Below, piece by piece: positions 1 to 13,751 of a stretch of 64,000 bases of DNA. Positions within the stretch are counted from its first letter, which is position 1. The number at the start of each line of letters is the position of its first letter. Under the pieces are notes generated by a model. The model was given only the letters and a program-made list of their open reading frames with translations, was not told the origin of the DNA and ran no database searches. Source of the DNA: Marsupella aquatica. Its lineage: Eukaryota > Plantae > Marchantiophyta. The translations under genes and the position numbers were made by a program. The DNA is taken from NCBI GenBank assembly GCA_973895155.1, contig OZ316892.1, positions 27,986,307 through 28,050,306 of the forward strand. The letters run 5' to 3'.

Positions 1-427
1 AACTCGATGACTATTCAGGATCGTGTGGATCCACCGTACATGAATCAGCGAGTGAAATTCTTACTACCTTCGAAATTCATTACTGCGACGTACTTTGTGC
101 CAAAATTGGTGAGAAAATAATCAAATTACCCTGCTGATGTTGGGAGGGAGAGGAGGTGACGAACCTAAGGCCATACGAGCAATTATGCTGCAGAGCTACG
201 TGATAGTAAACATTTGAATCAAAGAAATGCGGACTCAGGAGACACTTGCTGTTTTTGAGGCAATCCCTAGTCTACCATAACGAGCGGGCAACAAGCTAGT
301 CGCTCCTCAATCTTACGATTTGAGAATTAGGCACTGGTACTTATTGTAAGGACAAGTAAGGTACACGAGGCACTTGATTATCAACACTAGCCACAAGTAA
401 ATGAGCAGAGGACTGTGTGTTACACAC

Positions 428-2142
428 CTTAGCAACCGCGGCTACTTCTGGGACATTAAGATCATCCACTCCAAAAACACAGTCATTCTTTACTGCAGTA
501 CCCACGGAACAAATGGCGAAAGGACTACTTCAAAATCACAGTTTGGGGATTTGTGAGATGAGATTGGTTTGCACAAAGGGGACCACTCATACGAAAAAGC
601 AGAAATACTTTAAAGCTGGAATAACTAAACAAGCATCAGCAGATCAACATCAAATTAAATGGGAACGAAAAGCTTTTGAGTGTCGTGTCCTTTTCTTCGG
701 TGTAGAATTCCGATAGAACACTGCTCTGATGAAGCATTCTTACTCATATCGACCTCCCATTCGGCATACTGCTGGTATAGTGAGTTGATGAAAGCAACTC
801 CTCCGGCACTGCTCGTGTCCACGCTGGTGAAGCAATTCGGCATCCAGGAGCACTGTCCTCCTGAGACCGTGATATCCTTCGCTGTCCAATTGCGTTCTTC
901 AAAGCCTTCTGGGCAGTCCTGCAGAGCCGACTCATCGACCAGTATCAGTTTATTGCATAAGCATGCTCCTATGAACAAACAGAATTGACAAGTTTCCTCG
1001 ACGGACTTCTAGGTACCTGAAGGAAGTCAACTCATTTTTCGGGGCATTGAACCTGATGCGAACGCGCTTTGTTTGATTATGATAATTGACATAATCTATA
1101 TACACTGTCATAAAACATTCAAACGAAACATTAAAAGAAGGCGAGTAAAACTGTTCAACTGGCCCAAGTGCGCACCTTATCACAGAAAATCGGTGTGTTC
1201 TGTTCTACAGCTGCTGTGTCTATTCCCCGCATGACGTGTATGCCGAACTTGAGGCCCATCGCGTGCACCTTGTCTGCAATGGGTTTAAATCCTTTTCCAC
1301 CTTCAGTGGATGGCCATCTTGCTGGATCTGGCATAGGTCGGCCCCACTCATCGATTATATCGTGACCTGAGCTCCACACAGATGCACCAGGCTCAAGCTT
1401 CCTGTACCAGAGGAAGTCTACCACGACATACTGCATAGCAGAAATCCCAGGCAAGCCTCAAGTGAGCAGTCCCATTCTGAGGGACTCGTGATCCGATAGG
1501 CCTGCTAGACCATAACATTCTTTCTATCATACTCGCCTAAAGCAAGTGTTTCTTGACTCAGAGTACCTATTGTTGCTATAAGCAAGTGAAGGATTGTAGA
1601 ACAAAGGAAGCTCAATACGTAAGGATGTACAGAATTCAAGAACGTCGGAGATAGATAGAACATTCAAATCTATACAAGATCACTTCAGTCAAGTCTTGAA
1701 ATGAACAAATCTGACAAGGAATTTACGTCAGTTAGTACTTCCAATGTAGTCAACATTTTTCACATGAAAGGTCCCAGTAGACGAGGTACAATCGTTTAGC
1801 TCGGCATTCAATCTGGCTGAACAATAGCACCTTAACTAGAGGACTAGTTTGTCGTGGAAGAGGGGAAGGAAGGCAGTTTTGAACCTCGTAGCCGTACTCA
1901 AGAAGATTCTCAGCAACATATTTCGCGTTTTGAAGAAACTCTTCCTCCGATATTATCCAGGAGAAAGAGTCGTACGAATTCCATCCCCTCGGAGGCGTCA
2001 AGGACAACGGCACATCTGAAACGCCGCCGGCGGCACCAAAACTGCACACCATAGAAAACAGAGCTATCAATCCGACGTCGGTTACTGCAGCTACTATGGC
2101 TAACACCACTCTCCATAAGCATGATTTTTCGGTGAGCAGCAA
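428..2142 (-). CDS. Glycoside hydrolase family 27 (alpha-galactosidase/melibiase-like), 5' part; continues off the left edge of the window
   Basis: Exons ~2142/2052-1885, 1430-1176, 918-744 and 492-428 have GT-AG boundaries in consistent phase. They give TPPRGWNSYDSF, YVVVDFLWY, IDEWGRPMPDPARWPS..GKGFKPIADKVHAMGLKFGIHVMRG and YAEWEVDMIKNDC, typical GH27 motifs. The start codon is uncertain. Confidence 0.9.
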
Positions 2143-3461
2143 ACTTTATCACAGCCGGAGGTTTCAAGATGGATTATTCGCTAGGTAGTACAAAATCACA
2201 CATTCATTCACCTCCCCGCGATGGATTTGCAGTTTCAATTCGCGTCGCCAGATATGCTCAGTGACTTCCAATTCCTCCATAGCGACAGGCAGAATGAATT
2301 GTTTTACAAATTTCAACACTATCAAAATTATAAAAAGCTTCAAGAAGTCAAAACCAAATCGATTGAGGAATCTTAGGGAGTGCCATTAGACTCTCTGGAA
2401 CTCGCTCCAGAAGCGACACTGTCATGTTTTGCAACAAAATTTAGGCCGTCCAACTTCTTGCACGAAACCATGTCGGATGTGAATTATGACGCGTATGGAA
2501 GGATGTGCCAGGCTGGGCCAATTGGTCGGAGATTCAAACTCATACCAAGGATTCCAGATCGGTGTTTATCGGGCTGCGTGTCTACGATGCTCTTGGGCAG
2601 CCTTCTCACAATCTGATGCCAAAGCTATAAACAAATCTTGCCTAACGTACTCCGTACAGATCGCACTCAAATCTTGGACAACACGATCGGTAAATTCCAT
2701 CATTTGTTCTATGTATCATCATACGATTGCAGTAGAGCTTGGCACTAGGACTCCGCCACGATTTGAGTAAATGTTCCCATTCTCGATACTTTGCTGCAAG
2801 TAGGTGGGCAAGTGGTGTCTCGAACGATGATATTAAATTTCATGAGTCCAACGAGCCAAATTTCGACTACAAATGCAGCCATCTAATGGCTCACTGGCCA
2901 GTCTTGGTTATGCCCGATGAACTCTAACGATTATTAATCACGAGAACGGAAATTTCTCCCACGGTCGACACAAATGTAGGACAATCTTCATGATTATGGT
3001 CGAAACAAGAGCAGTTCTGGAGATGCACGCAGGACACGATTTACGCGTGAATCCAAAAATTCATATTGGAAAGACTGCAGTAGCTTACACGAAATAGAGC
3101 AGTAGGAGTGCACAGACAGTGGCTTGATGCTTTAGAGGACACAGACGACAGCTGCGCAGCTCAGCCATCATCAAAGAGAAAAGAGGTAGCTGCTTCAAAC
3201 AATGAACGCCTCGTTAGCTCTGGCTCCTGCTTGACAATTAGTTTTTACAAAACGATTAGAATGATCATGATCCGGGGTTGCGTATCCAGCTGGTTCCTTA
3301 TCGGAGTGACTGTACCAAAGACTAATTCTCAACGCAAACCTTCAATTGGACGACTTATATTTGAATATTCGGCAAAGATCCTCTAAGCATTTAAGTACGT
3401 AGGGTAATCTACCTATTTCGCATGATGGCCATTTACGAATGGAACCACTGACCTGGTTATT

Positions 3462-4058
3462 CTTCAGAGAGAAACCTTTCTTCTCCAGACTGCACTGAAA
3501 AATACAAAGTAAGAAATCACGCATGACATTAAGATGATTTGCCCTTCACAGAGAAACTTTCTTCTCCAAGAATGCACTGCAAAATCCAAAGGGAAAAATC
3601 ATGAAGTGCGTTAAGATGATTCGCACTTCAGAGAGAAATCTTTCTTCTCCAAGAATGCATAGAAAAATACAAAGGGAATATCATGAAGGGCATTAAGATG
3701 ATCCACACTTCAGGGAGAAACCTTTCTTCTCCAAGAATGCACTGAAATATGCAATTGGAAAAATCACTGAGTGCATTAAAATAATTCAAACTTCAGAGAG
3801 AAACCTTTCTTCTCCAAGAATGCAACTGAACAATACAAAGTAAAAAATCACGAGGCGTTCAGATGATTCGCACTTAAGAGAAGAACCTTTCTTCTTTAAG
3901 TATGTACTGAATAGTACAAAGGGAAAATGAGGAAGGACATTAACGTGATTCGCACTCCAGAGAGAAACTTTTCTTCTCCAAGAATGCACTGAAAAATACG
4001 AAATGGAAAAATCACGAAGGGCATCAAGATGATTCGCACTTCAGACAGAAACCTTTCT
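3462..4058. repeat. Tandem minisatellite, ~82-84 bp unit, about 7 copies
   Basis: Unit cttcagagagaaacctttcttctccaagaatgcactgaaaaatacaaagggaaaaatcacgaagggcattaagatgattcgca restarts at ~3462, 3544, 3626, 3708, 3791, 3873, 3955 and 4039. Confidence 0.9.
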
Positions 4059-4799
4059 GTGGGTTCAGAATCCAGAGAGAAGCCTTCGAGTGATGAGGGG
4101 AACTCGATGCGACCAGAGGAACATCTTTGGCTACGAATCCTACAAAACACTTCGAATTCAATTGACCAATCTGTCAACTCATCGCAGTAGCTGCAATGCT
4201 GCAATGGAGTAATGATTAATCATCTATCAATTCGCTCTATTCGGTGCTGTCAGCTGCTACGCTTGCTTGCTGGTCCTCCGCACAATTATCGAGAGAAACG
4301 ATGGAGGCCTCCGTTCTGGTGGGTCGTGCGATGCAGGTGACCACTCCCCGTCGCTGGATTCTTGTTCCCAGACCCTGGTGGTACAGTAGTCTCGGCACCG
4401 GCCTCGTCAATTTGTGTCTTCAGCAGCAGCAGCTCGCCCGGGCTTCGTCGCCTCAGCGGTGCTGCATTTCGAGGAGTGTTTTCGTCTGCTGGGTCTCTCT
4501 CTGGCAAATTTTTCGACGGAGAGAACAAGATTTCGAGGAGTGTTTTCGTCGGCTAGGTCTCTCTGGCAAATTTATCGACGGAGAGAAAGAGACACTGAAG
4601 GTTGCTGTTGTTTCTGCCAAGGCGGCGGGAGGGGCTGTGGATGTTCTGGTTGAAAATGGGCCTCTGATGGAGCTGAGCGAACATGGATGGCTATGGTATA
4701 GTGTTGCTCTCTTCTTCCACACTTTTGGTGTTTCTCTCGTTCCTTTGAGCTCAAAACAGAGCATGTATAGGATAATGGAGGATAACTAGCGAGGATAAC

Positions 4800-5645
4800 T
4801 AGAGATGTCTGGTCTGGGTTTTCTGATCAGAAAGGGAAGATTTCTGAGTTTTCTGAGGAGGGTTCAGGCTAGAACTCCATAGGAGACCTCCTAGTCTGGG
4901 TTACTAGCATGAAATCCTATTTCTGAGCTTTCTTGGAGGAGGGTTCAGGCTAGAACTCCTCCTAGTCTGGATTACTAGCATGTAATCCTATTTCTGAGCT
5001 TTCTTGGAGGAGGCTAGAACTCCACAACCATACCTCCCAAACAAACTCCTCCTAGTCTGGGTTAACTAGTATGTAATCCTATTTCTGAGCTTTCTTGGAG
5101 GAGGCTAGAACTCCATAACCATACCTCCTGGTTTGGGGTTACTAGCTTGTAATACTCTGACCAGAAGTGAAGAATCAGATTTTCTGAGCTGCTTTCTTGG
5201 AGGAGGGTTCAGGCTAGAACTCCATACCAAACCTCCCAGTCTGCGTTACGAGCCTATAATCCAGAAGTGAAGAAAACCTCCTACTGTTACTAGCCTGTAA
5301 TCCTAGAGGTGAAGAAAACCTGACCTAGGTAGCCTCCAAGGATTTATGAGCTTTCTTGGAGGAGTTTCAGACTAGAACTCCATACCAGACCTCCTTCATT
5401 ATAAGTAATTTCTGCCCCAAAAAAATTACTTCTGGGTAACAGATTATGGGAATTATGGGAACAGCTAGTGCCAGACCTCCTTCATAATAAGTAATTTCTG
5501 CCCAAAGAAAATTACTTCTGGCCAACAGATTATGGGAATAGCAAGTGCCTCCCAAAGTGTTTACATGTAAATTCTGCCCAGAAAAAGATTATACTGGGCA
5601 ACACATTATGGGAATAGCAAGTGACTCCCAAAGTGTTTACATGCA
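4800..5645. repeat. Complex degenerate repeat cluster, probably transposon-derived
   Basis: Motifs ttctgagctttcttggaggag and ggctagaactcc recur through 4840-5380. ~86-bp repeats follow (ccagacctccttc...gggcaacagattatgggaat). The same gggttcaggctagaac motif recurs at ~38339. Confidence 0.7.
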
Positions 5646-6522
5646 GCTAATCTGCATTCCATACACAATTTAAAGGATTGGACATGCCACAAGACCATCA
5701 ACCGTGCAACTTTGTTAAGTGAAATCAGCCATAAGTGCAAAGAATTTGTGTAACAAAAATGTCAACACATAAATTGTACCTTGGTTGACAAAATGCAAGA
5801 ATTTCAGTATAGAGTAACACCCTGGTAAGAGGGCATCGTGGGTCACAAGGCCCCACAAGGGCTTTAGCTTGAGGGACTATTATTGCAGACAATGCCCAGG
5901 TAAGAGGGCAATATTACATTATCTTAAATTCAATAAAGTGTAGCCTAATACCTCAGTTAAAAGTTATGGAACTCTTCTCTCCTGAATTTCGACTCGAATT
6001 GAAGCCTCTAACGAAAGTAGGTCACACAACCAGATATTTGCAAAACTTATGAAACTTCGAGTACGCTGTTTTTTTTACCTAGTACTCTAGTGCCAATAGG
6101 CTTAATGGCCAAGATGAACCCCCAAACTTCAGGAGATTAGAAGTTAATGAAAAAGGACTTAGAGTTCAAGCCCATTAAGTGTGGGAATAATCCGATTTGA
6201 AATGATCCGCTGGATTGAATCACGCCCAATCCACAACATACTAACCCTAGTCAAGGCTTTGCTCTTCCACCCAGACTCCCCACTATCACTTTTTGAATCC
6301 CCCGTTTCGCTGATCCTAGAGCTCTCGTGCCAATTTTGAGGTGATGGTGCTGGCGCTGCTAACACGCAGGAAGCCTGGGGAGCCACGAGACTGGAAGTGA
6401 AGCCATTCCGTAATCACAGCTTGCAATGGATTTCCTTTCAAGAACCGTGCCACAAACAACCCTCACAAAATGTAATAATCTGCATCTCTCACGCTGTGAA
6501 CCAAAAGATTCCACATCTGCTT

Positions 6523-9380
6523 TCAAGGCTTCCATGTGCCTGGCTTAAACTTTTCCTCTTCGCCTTGAGGTTCGGTGGGTCTGACAGAATCAAGAAACAA
6601 GAGGTCAAGGAGCGACCATACATATCGAACTGCAAGAGTATTATAAAAACATTTGAATGAATTAAACATCTAAGTTACTCCTGGTATCGCTAGCACACTC
6701 CGTCTCCTTTGGTCCAGAGATTACCTCTCTGCTGACGAATCATTAGACGCTCTCGAAGTCCCAGATGTAGGCCTGTCAAAAAGACCCACCCAAGCATTTA
6801 TTTTCTGTCATAGTTTGGTACCAAGTTTTACTATCTAGATCCAATTTACTTGTCACGCTTTTGATCCATCTGATCATCTGATAAATGAGTTGTTATTCAA
6901 GGTTTATCCACTAGATGGATATCTGACCACATTTCGCATCTTCTCTACTCCAGCGCCAGCGCTGTGAACCATCAGAGGAACAGGACCCAAATACATCAGA
7001 ACTCTTATTACGTTATATGTTTGCTTTTCTGTAGGCTAAACCACCTTCTGTTCGTTCCTGGAGGTTGCCAAGTCGTTGCCTCTGCTGATTCCTTGACATC
7101 TCTTTTTTTTGTATATCGAGCATGTGCTGGCTCCTCTGCCTTGTCTCTCCCTGCACAGATAAGTATAGAGAAGCCATCCCTTCAATGGAGTGCTACATAA
7201 ATTTGTTCCCAACCTGCAAGATCCGTCCAATAGCAGATGTGCAGGGCAGTTGATCCTTTAAAACTCGTGAGAGACACCAAACGGAAAGCAGAATCCAGAA
7301 TGAACCAGAGAACAAGATGCATGTCACTCGCCGCCTATTTACTCACCTGACTTGGATGAGCCAAACTTTCCAGAGTCAATTTGGCGCATAATTATTTCCA
7401 TATCTTCCTCGCTACTCCCTTTTGAAGCACACCACATACCAGACCATAATTGACGTTATTGGTTATCTTAGCTTTAAACTGTGTACGAAACCATCATTCA
7501 CATTTTTGCATCAAAAAATAAGTACATCAAAACCGGATAACAAAGGAATGACCATCGGAAACTAAACTACGATAGGACTAGGAAGGAAGACTTGGTCATT
7601 CGAGATGTATGCCTGCGTTTAGAGTCAGACTCTACAAATGCCAGAACACCTCAGCCATTCAAAAACGAGCAATTAGCGAGAAAATGAGAACTTGATTTCC
7701 GCAAACCTGCATTTTGTCCATTCTGGGGTACCCCTGCCCTGAAGCGTTGTTTCTCTTCCTCCTTTTGAAGCACTGTAAATAACACAAAGGAAACTCAAAT
7801 TTCAGACCAAGCCCATCACAAAATTGAATTATGAATGAAAACTACGTATCAAGCAAGTCAACTAAACACGACAAGTAACAAGCATTTGCATACCATACCA
7901 GTTAGTGTTCTGAAGTTTTAAAGTAATTTTATTGGTCGATTGGAACAAAAACCCACTCTCTTGATTACATGATCTGGACAAGTGAACTGCAGATGTAGGT
8001 ACATTTATCTAGCTCTCGATGGAAAATCATATTGAATCATCTTACTGACTATGAATATCCACTACATTAGTAGCTCGATCCTACTTCACAAGCTCCTTCA
8101 TCAAAACTTGAGATTACATGCTGCCTGCATTTTCACACTCTTGCGTTGAGATTCCAAGTTAGAGACTTCCTGCAATCCAACACCGCGTTAGTACGCTACA
8201 AACTGCAACGATAGACAAGATTCAAGACCCAGCTGAAGTGATGTATTATCATATGTTCCCTAAAGAGTCAGTGTATTGTTAACCTCAAGTAAGATTATGA
8301 GATCTAAGTTGCTTCACAAAAGCTGCGGTTCCAAGTTTTCCCAAGACGCACATAAGAGAAGAAAAATCCGTGAATAACCAGTCGAAGGTAACACGGATGG
8401 CGCATCTATGGCATGGGTAGTGAATTGCCCTGTTTAAAACGTACCAAAGTACTCGACATACACATGAAATATATCAAACCTGAGGAGTTGGTGCGTTCTT
8501 CCTGGTTCCAGATAACCAACTGGTCCATTCAACTGCAAAACCACCTCACGCTCGATATATATTGCAGATACTTTATAAAATAAACAAACGACGGATCAGT
8601 TCAATCCTTATCTCTTCCACGAGAACCATAATTTTCAAGACTAACAAGCAATGGTCTTCGTGAGGATGCAGCTTCTCCAACAAATCATCATAGAAAACCT
8701 TTAGATGATCACCGACTTCTCTCAGTCCAACACAAATCTCAGGAATGTACTATAACAGAGACGTGGCACATTTGTCAAACAGTTGTCGTTCTATTGTAAG
8801 ATGGAAGTTCTCTAACCTGGAATTGCGTTAGGATCAGGGGTGCCTTTGAATTCCACCCATCTCTTCTCGGCAGCTACAAAAACAGGACATCATTTCTACG
8901 TTAGGGACGAACTCATGAGATAGTACAAGTATCCCAGAAACGACCAAGGCTTTCATAACTCTTTCAAACCTCCAATTAATGACTTCAACATGAAAATGTT
9001 GATCCCAATAGAAGAACGGAATATTGGACTTGGCAGGTTCGCTGAACTATCACATAATTGCTACTATACCTGGCTGAATTTCACTGAACAGATCTTCCAC
9101 CCTGGGCTCAGGGCTAGTTTCTCGGTAATCTTCACCACCTAATCTATAAACACTGAAAGTGACGTTTACACTTGGATCCTCACTGACATTTTGAGACAAA
9201 GCATGAACACATTGCCCATATTTCTTTGACACAGTGGGAGCCACGAGGGTTGATTGAAAGCATAAACCCACCACTACCCACTTTTTCAGGCTTGCGAAAA
9301 TAGGTGTTTCCGTTCTTATCTTTGCCCACCGTTATCCGTCCTCCGAAAAGCCGCAAGAAACCCACAAACTTGGAGAACAT
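6523..9380 (-). CDS. NDUFAF2: NDUFA12-family mitochondrial complex I assembly factor (NDUFAF2/mimitin-like), 9 exons, ~206 aa
   Basis: Exons 9380-9272, 8873-8817, 8532-8480, 8169-8118, 7772-7707, 7418-7347, 7150-7045, 6772-6725 and 6580-6523 are all GT-AG and in phase. Protein MFSKF..VGKDKNGNTYF..EKRWVEFKGTPDPNAIPVEWTSWLSGTRKNAPTPQE...EPQGEEEKFKPGTWKP* matches the family motifs G-D-GN-YF, RWV, IP-EW--WL and terminal W-P. Confidence 0.9.
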
Positions 9381-12300
9381 GTTTGAAGTCGAATTGAACA
9401 CAGTTAATAGCTGCGACTGCAAATGATGAAATCTGTGAAGAGCAAATACTCGATCGATCGCCAGAATCGTCAAACCCTGTAAGTCAAACCCTGTAATTGA
9501 GCTTTGCAGCCTAGAAAAGTGATCGAACGAAATATCTCGTTCTCGATATCCTAAACATGGTCATTGAGGATGTCATTCATTCATTTATGCATAGTGACAT
9601 AACACAAACCCATTAAGTATAGTTAGGGTTTAGGTGTTGGTCGACGCTACAAATATCCTGTCTTCCTGTTTAAGGGCACAATGGCAGAACGCTGACGACT
9701 GGGTAAATGAGTTCAATTGACTACCACGTAACACCTTTTCTGGCAAACCACCGTCCGAACAGTCGACAGTCTTACTCGCAGACACTAGATCCCTACGTAA
9801 AGCAGTGCAATTGACCAATTCCTTGTTTTGTTATCAAGAACTTGCCTCCGAAATTACTGTCATATTTAATCGAAGGCTGGAAATAAGCGTGAGATAATCC
9901 TCGATATTAGATGACCACGAAGCATGCCAACATTTGCTCTCTAGGAAGGTCGAATCTACCGTAGTAGCCCAGTTTTAAAAGTCAATTCTCCAGTTCCAAC
10001 AAACTGGAACAAAATAGACAAGGAATTGCATTGCAGTGACACTCCAGTGCAGTGAGGTGCGCTTCAAATATTATCTTGTGAAACAGACCTCAACAATAGC
10101 TGATCTTTGGATGCCGCTGATCGAAACTGACAGATGCAACTCAAATTCTTGACTTCATCAACGAGTTTCTCTTCTTCTGATGACAACCAAAACCAAAACT
10201 CTCAAATGTGGCTGCTTCAATGGGTGGAATGCTTTCAGGAGCCCACTCCTGCTCCAAAGTTGGTGGAGGAATAATAATAGCTCACACTCGTAATGCCCTT
10301 AGTGACTATTCTCTTTGTTTGTTATTTGTGATTTTGTTTGTAATTTTGGTGCTTTTATGGAGAGAAATTCACGGTTCAAATTTGGATCTAGGAGTCATGA
10401 AATGTGAAAAATCTCAATAGTCTTAAGTCAATGAATGTCCTCCTACCAGAGCATGAACAATTATTATTATCAGTGATATCAGATCCTGATCATTCTGGAT
10501 GGCCGTTTGGTTACCAAAAATAATTTCATTTGGATGGGAAGAAATCATGGACATTTGCCTTAAACCACAACTTCCCCTATATAAGGGGAAGTGTCCAAGA
10601 CCTCCTACTTTTTCACATTTCAAATCATTGTTCTCCTCTAGCATGCTAGTTTGCTCCACAATTTCAGAAAAAATCACTTTTAATGGTAACTAAGGGTAAC
10701 CCGTAGCTTTTGAAGGGCAGTTGTGCTTTAAAAGGAATGTTTGTTCATCATTTTATGACCGGCCAAAATGCTCTTGTTAAAGGCAAACAATATCTCCCCA
10801 TGCTCTGTCTGCCTTCACCTCAGCCTGGATGGCCCCCCTATGGTCCCACTATCTGTACCTTGCCGTTGCTGATTCGGCAGCACAGGGGCATAGCCTTCGC
10901 AGATAATAATTGCCCCTCAAAACTAGAACTACAGCCTTCATTTTCAGGCCGTTATGGCCCACGGTGCCCTTTAAACAGTACTTTACTATATACATAAAGA
11001 CTTTGTGCATTTTGAGCATTTAGTTTCTACACTTCACACCTTGCTATGAGGAGTACATGTTGCCATGACCCATCAATCTAGGCAAATGTAGCTCAAAATG
11101 CAATAGTTTTACCATGTAAAACAAAGTAAAATCTGTTAATCTTTGCATGGCCTAGATCTTGGCATATTAACTTCTTTTTTTCTTTTTCTTCTTTCTTTAC
11201 ACATTACTAGCCCCGACTACCCATTCTTTGAACATGAATAGTGGAGAGGACAATAAAAGTGTCACCAAAATGTCAATGAAATGATAAAAAATAATCATGC
11301 ATATCATCATTTTAATAATCATACATAACATACCATTCTCCTCTCTATATACATTCTATGCACATATGTTATGGTGGGGCCATATAGTACATTTTTTTAA
11401 TGGATATAGAAATCATAACAAAAAGCATGCATGATAATTATCATTTGACATACATCAAAGTCATAAGTTTTCTCATTCACATGGTAAGCCATGGGGTTAC
11501 AGTCTAGAGGCTTCACTCTAGAAGCCTAGCCCCCAACTCTAGCTTGTAATTGGCACTTTATAAGTAAGATTGCATGACAATAATTTCAATAAACTTTCCA
11601 AACTCATTCAAGTTTTTACCCAAGTTATTCTTTTGGTTATGGACATTGTGGGCCTTAATGTTCCCTCAAACTTAGGTTACAGGCCTCAGTCGTTTTGCGG
11701 GCATCCTATCCCTCCTTGCCCTTTTACTAGGAGGTCACCCTATTCAGGAAGCACAATTAAGGGGAGTTGAGGAGAGCTGAAGGACTGGAATTAGGTCATA
11801 CAAAATAGACTTTCCAGCTAATAATGGCGGAGAGTACAGTACCCCTTGTGATTTTCATTGTACTTTTTTTAGTGCAAAATAGTACATGCTGGAAGTACCT
11901 GTTGGACTAGGGCACTCTGCAATTTGCCTTCTACTTTGAAAATGATGCTAGGATGGACCTCTAGATTTGCCAAGGTGCCCGCCCCCATGGAATTTTGCAA
12001 CTCTACCTTTAAATATAATCTACACACTATAATATGTAATCTCCTTTGTTATCATGGTCTCATATTAAATGTTGAAGCTTTGCTCAATGTCGCTACCATT
12101 GAAGATTGATAGATAACAATTTTGCCTAACATTAGTTACCGTCCACAACATTGTGCATTTTGGGCTCTAAGCTCATAACATAACATCAGTTAGAAATTCA
12201 CTTAATTTGTTTAGGGAACCCCCTTAGGAAATTCTTCTTGCTAAAAGTCTTTAATTAATGAATGCCCAGAGAGACATGACAATGTGGTAGTTCACTTGAG

Positions 12301-13751
12301 TAATGACTTATAGGTCTTGGACTCTTGGGTTCAAAAGTTATGGCTGGCTGATCCAATTCTGAAGAGTTTCACACATTTCCCCTCAAATTAAAAAAATTAA
12401 GAAAAAATTCTTTAATTAATAGCAATATAAGCTAACTCACCTTAATTAATTATGAGAAACCGTGAGAGGGGTGGGGTCGCGCCGCCGTCATCGAGTCCCA
12501 GAGCGAATGGCGCACCAGGATGGTCAATCCTCTCGTCCCCTCGCTCTCCTCTCTACTAGGGCGTCTCAAATATGTGAATTTTGCAAGCGGGACCACGCCC
12601 AAGATTGTCCCCGGTCGGGCACGAAATGTGGCACCCGACCAGTCACGTCCGAGATTTAGTGACCGATAGGGAGGGCTGGCAAAAATGTGCACACTACCTT
12701 GCACCGCTGTGCTTTGTCCCCGAAGGTTGAAGGTCGAGAGTCAGGTTTACGAGTGTTCGATGTGAATGCTACGAACCCACTCAATGTTGACTACCCCCGA
12801 AAAAAACAGTCCGGGTGTACCCACTTTTGGTGCGTCCATGGGCTTCGCCGGCCACTTGTGAGGGTCAATATTTTTTCTGTATTTCAGACTCCACGAGCCC
12901 TATGCCAGTGCGTTGCACTTTGCAAGGAGGGCCTATGCCTGTGCCTGGTCTGGTCTTTGTTTTTGTGGTATGATTACACATCATTCGGTACTAATCTCGC
13001 AGATTTAGTCACAGTTGAGACTTACACATCACTACTGTAGCAGCCATGCGTCGGGGCAAGGAGCCAAGGAGGGCCCGAAGCCCTATAATTCGTGCAGCGA
13101 GGCCGGACGAGGCGAGGGGAGGGCGTCAGCAGCCCTGTAATGAGTGCACAGACTCCACGGAGGGGAGGAGTATTAATCGCGAGGAGGGCTCGAAGCCCTA
13201 TGCGCGAGGCATCGACCCTCTCGCCAGCTCGCCTTCATGATGCCCTCGATGCCATGCGCCTTGTGTCCTTGATGCCAGGCATAATGATGCACAGAGGGGA
13301 GGAGTGCGAGGGAGCATTCACACCGGACTGCGCCTGCCTGTGTGCCTCATTTGAAGATGGTATTAAAATAGGATGGATATGAAAAATCAAATGCTTGTAT
13401 CTGACTGTCAAGTTTGATTCCGGGCGAAATTCAAATTCGTAATGAAAAGATAGACGAAATTGGCAAAATGGGTGGCATTGTCTATTATAATGTAGATATA
13501 ATAATTGTATAATCGTGACAGTGTAAGGCACGCAGAAACCGTGCAGTCCGGCGCGCGGTTTAGGTCTCACTGTCCCGGCGAAAGGCGGGATGGAGTTCAT
13601 TCTCTTCGGCGAAAACGGGAGCCGGAGCATGCAGTGGAGACGACTGCGCCATAACTGCGCAGTCGAGATCGATGGCACGCAATGGAGTCGGGCCCCGGCC
13701 TCGACGTTTAGGCCTGTTCCTCGAAAGAGATCGTCATTTTGGGTAGTAGTA

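Noticed and set aside
4244-4789. 181-aa ORF
   Set aside because: GTG start, lies in a GC-rich repeat block with an internal duplication, and has no recognisable domain.
6925-6962. Possible extra NDUFAF2 exon after a cacag acceptor
   Set aside because: No donor restores the phase; exon 7 joins 6772 in frame without it.
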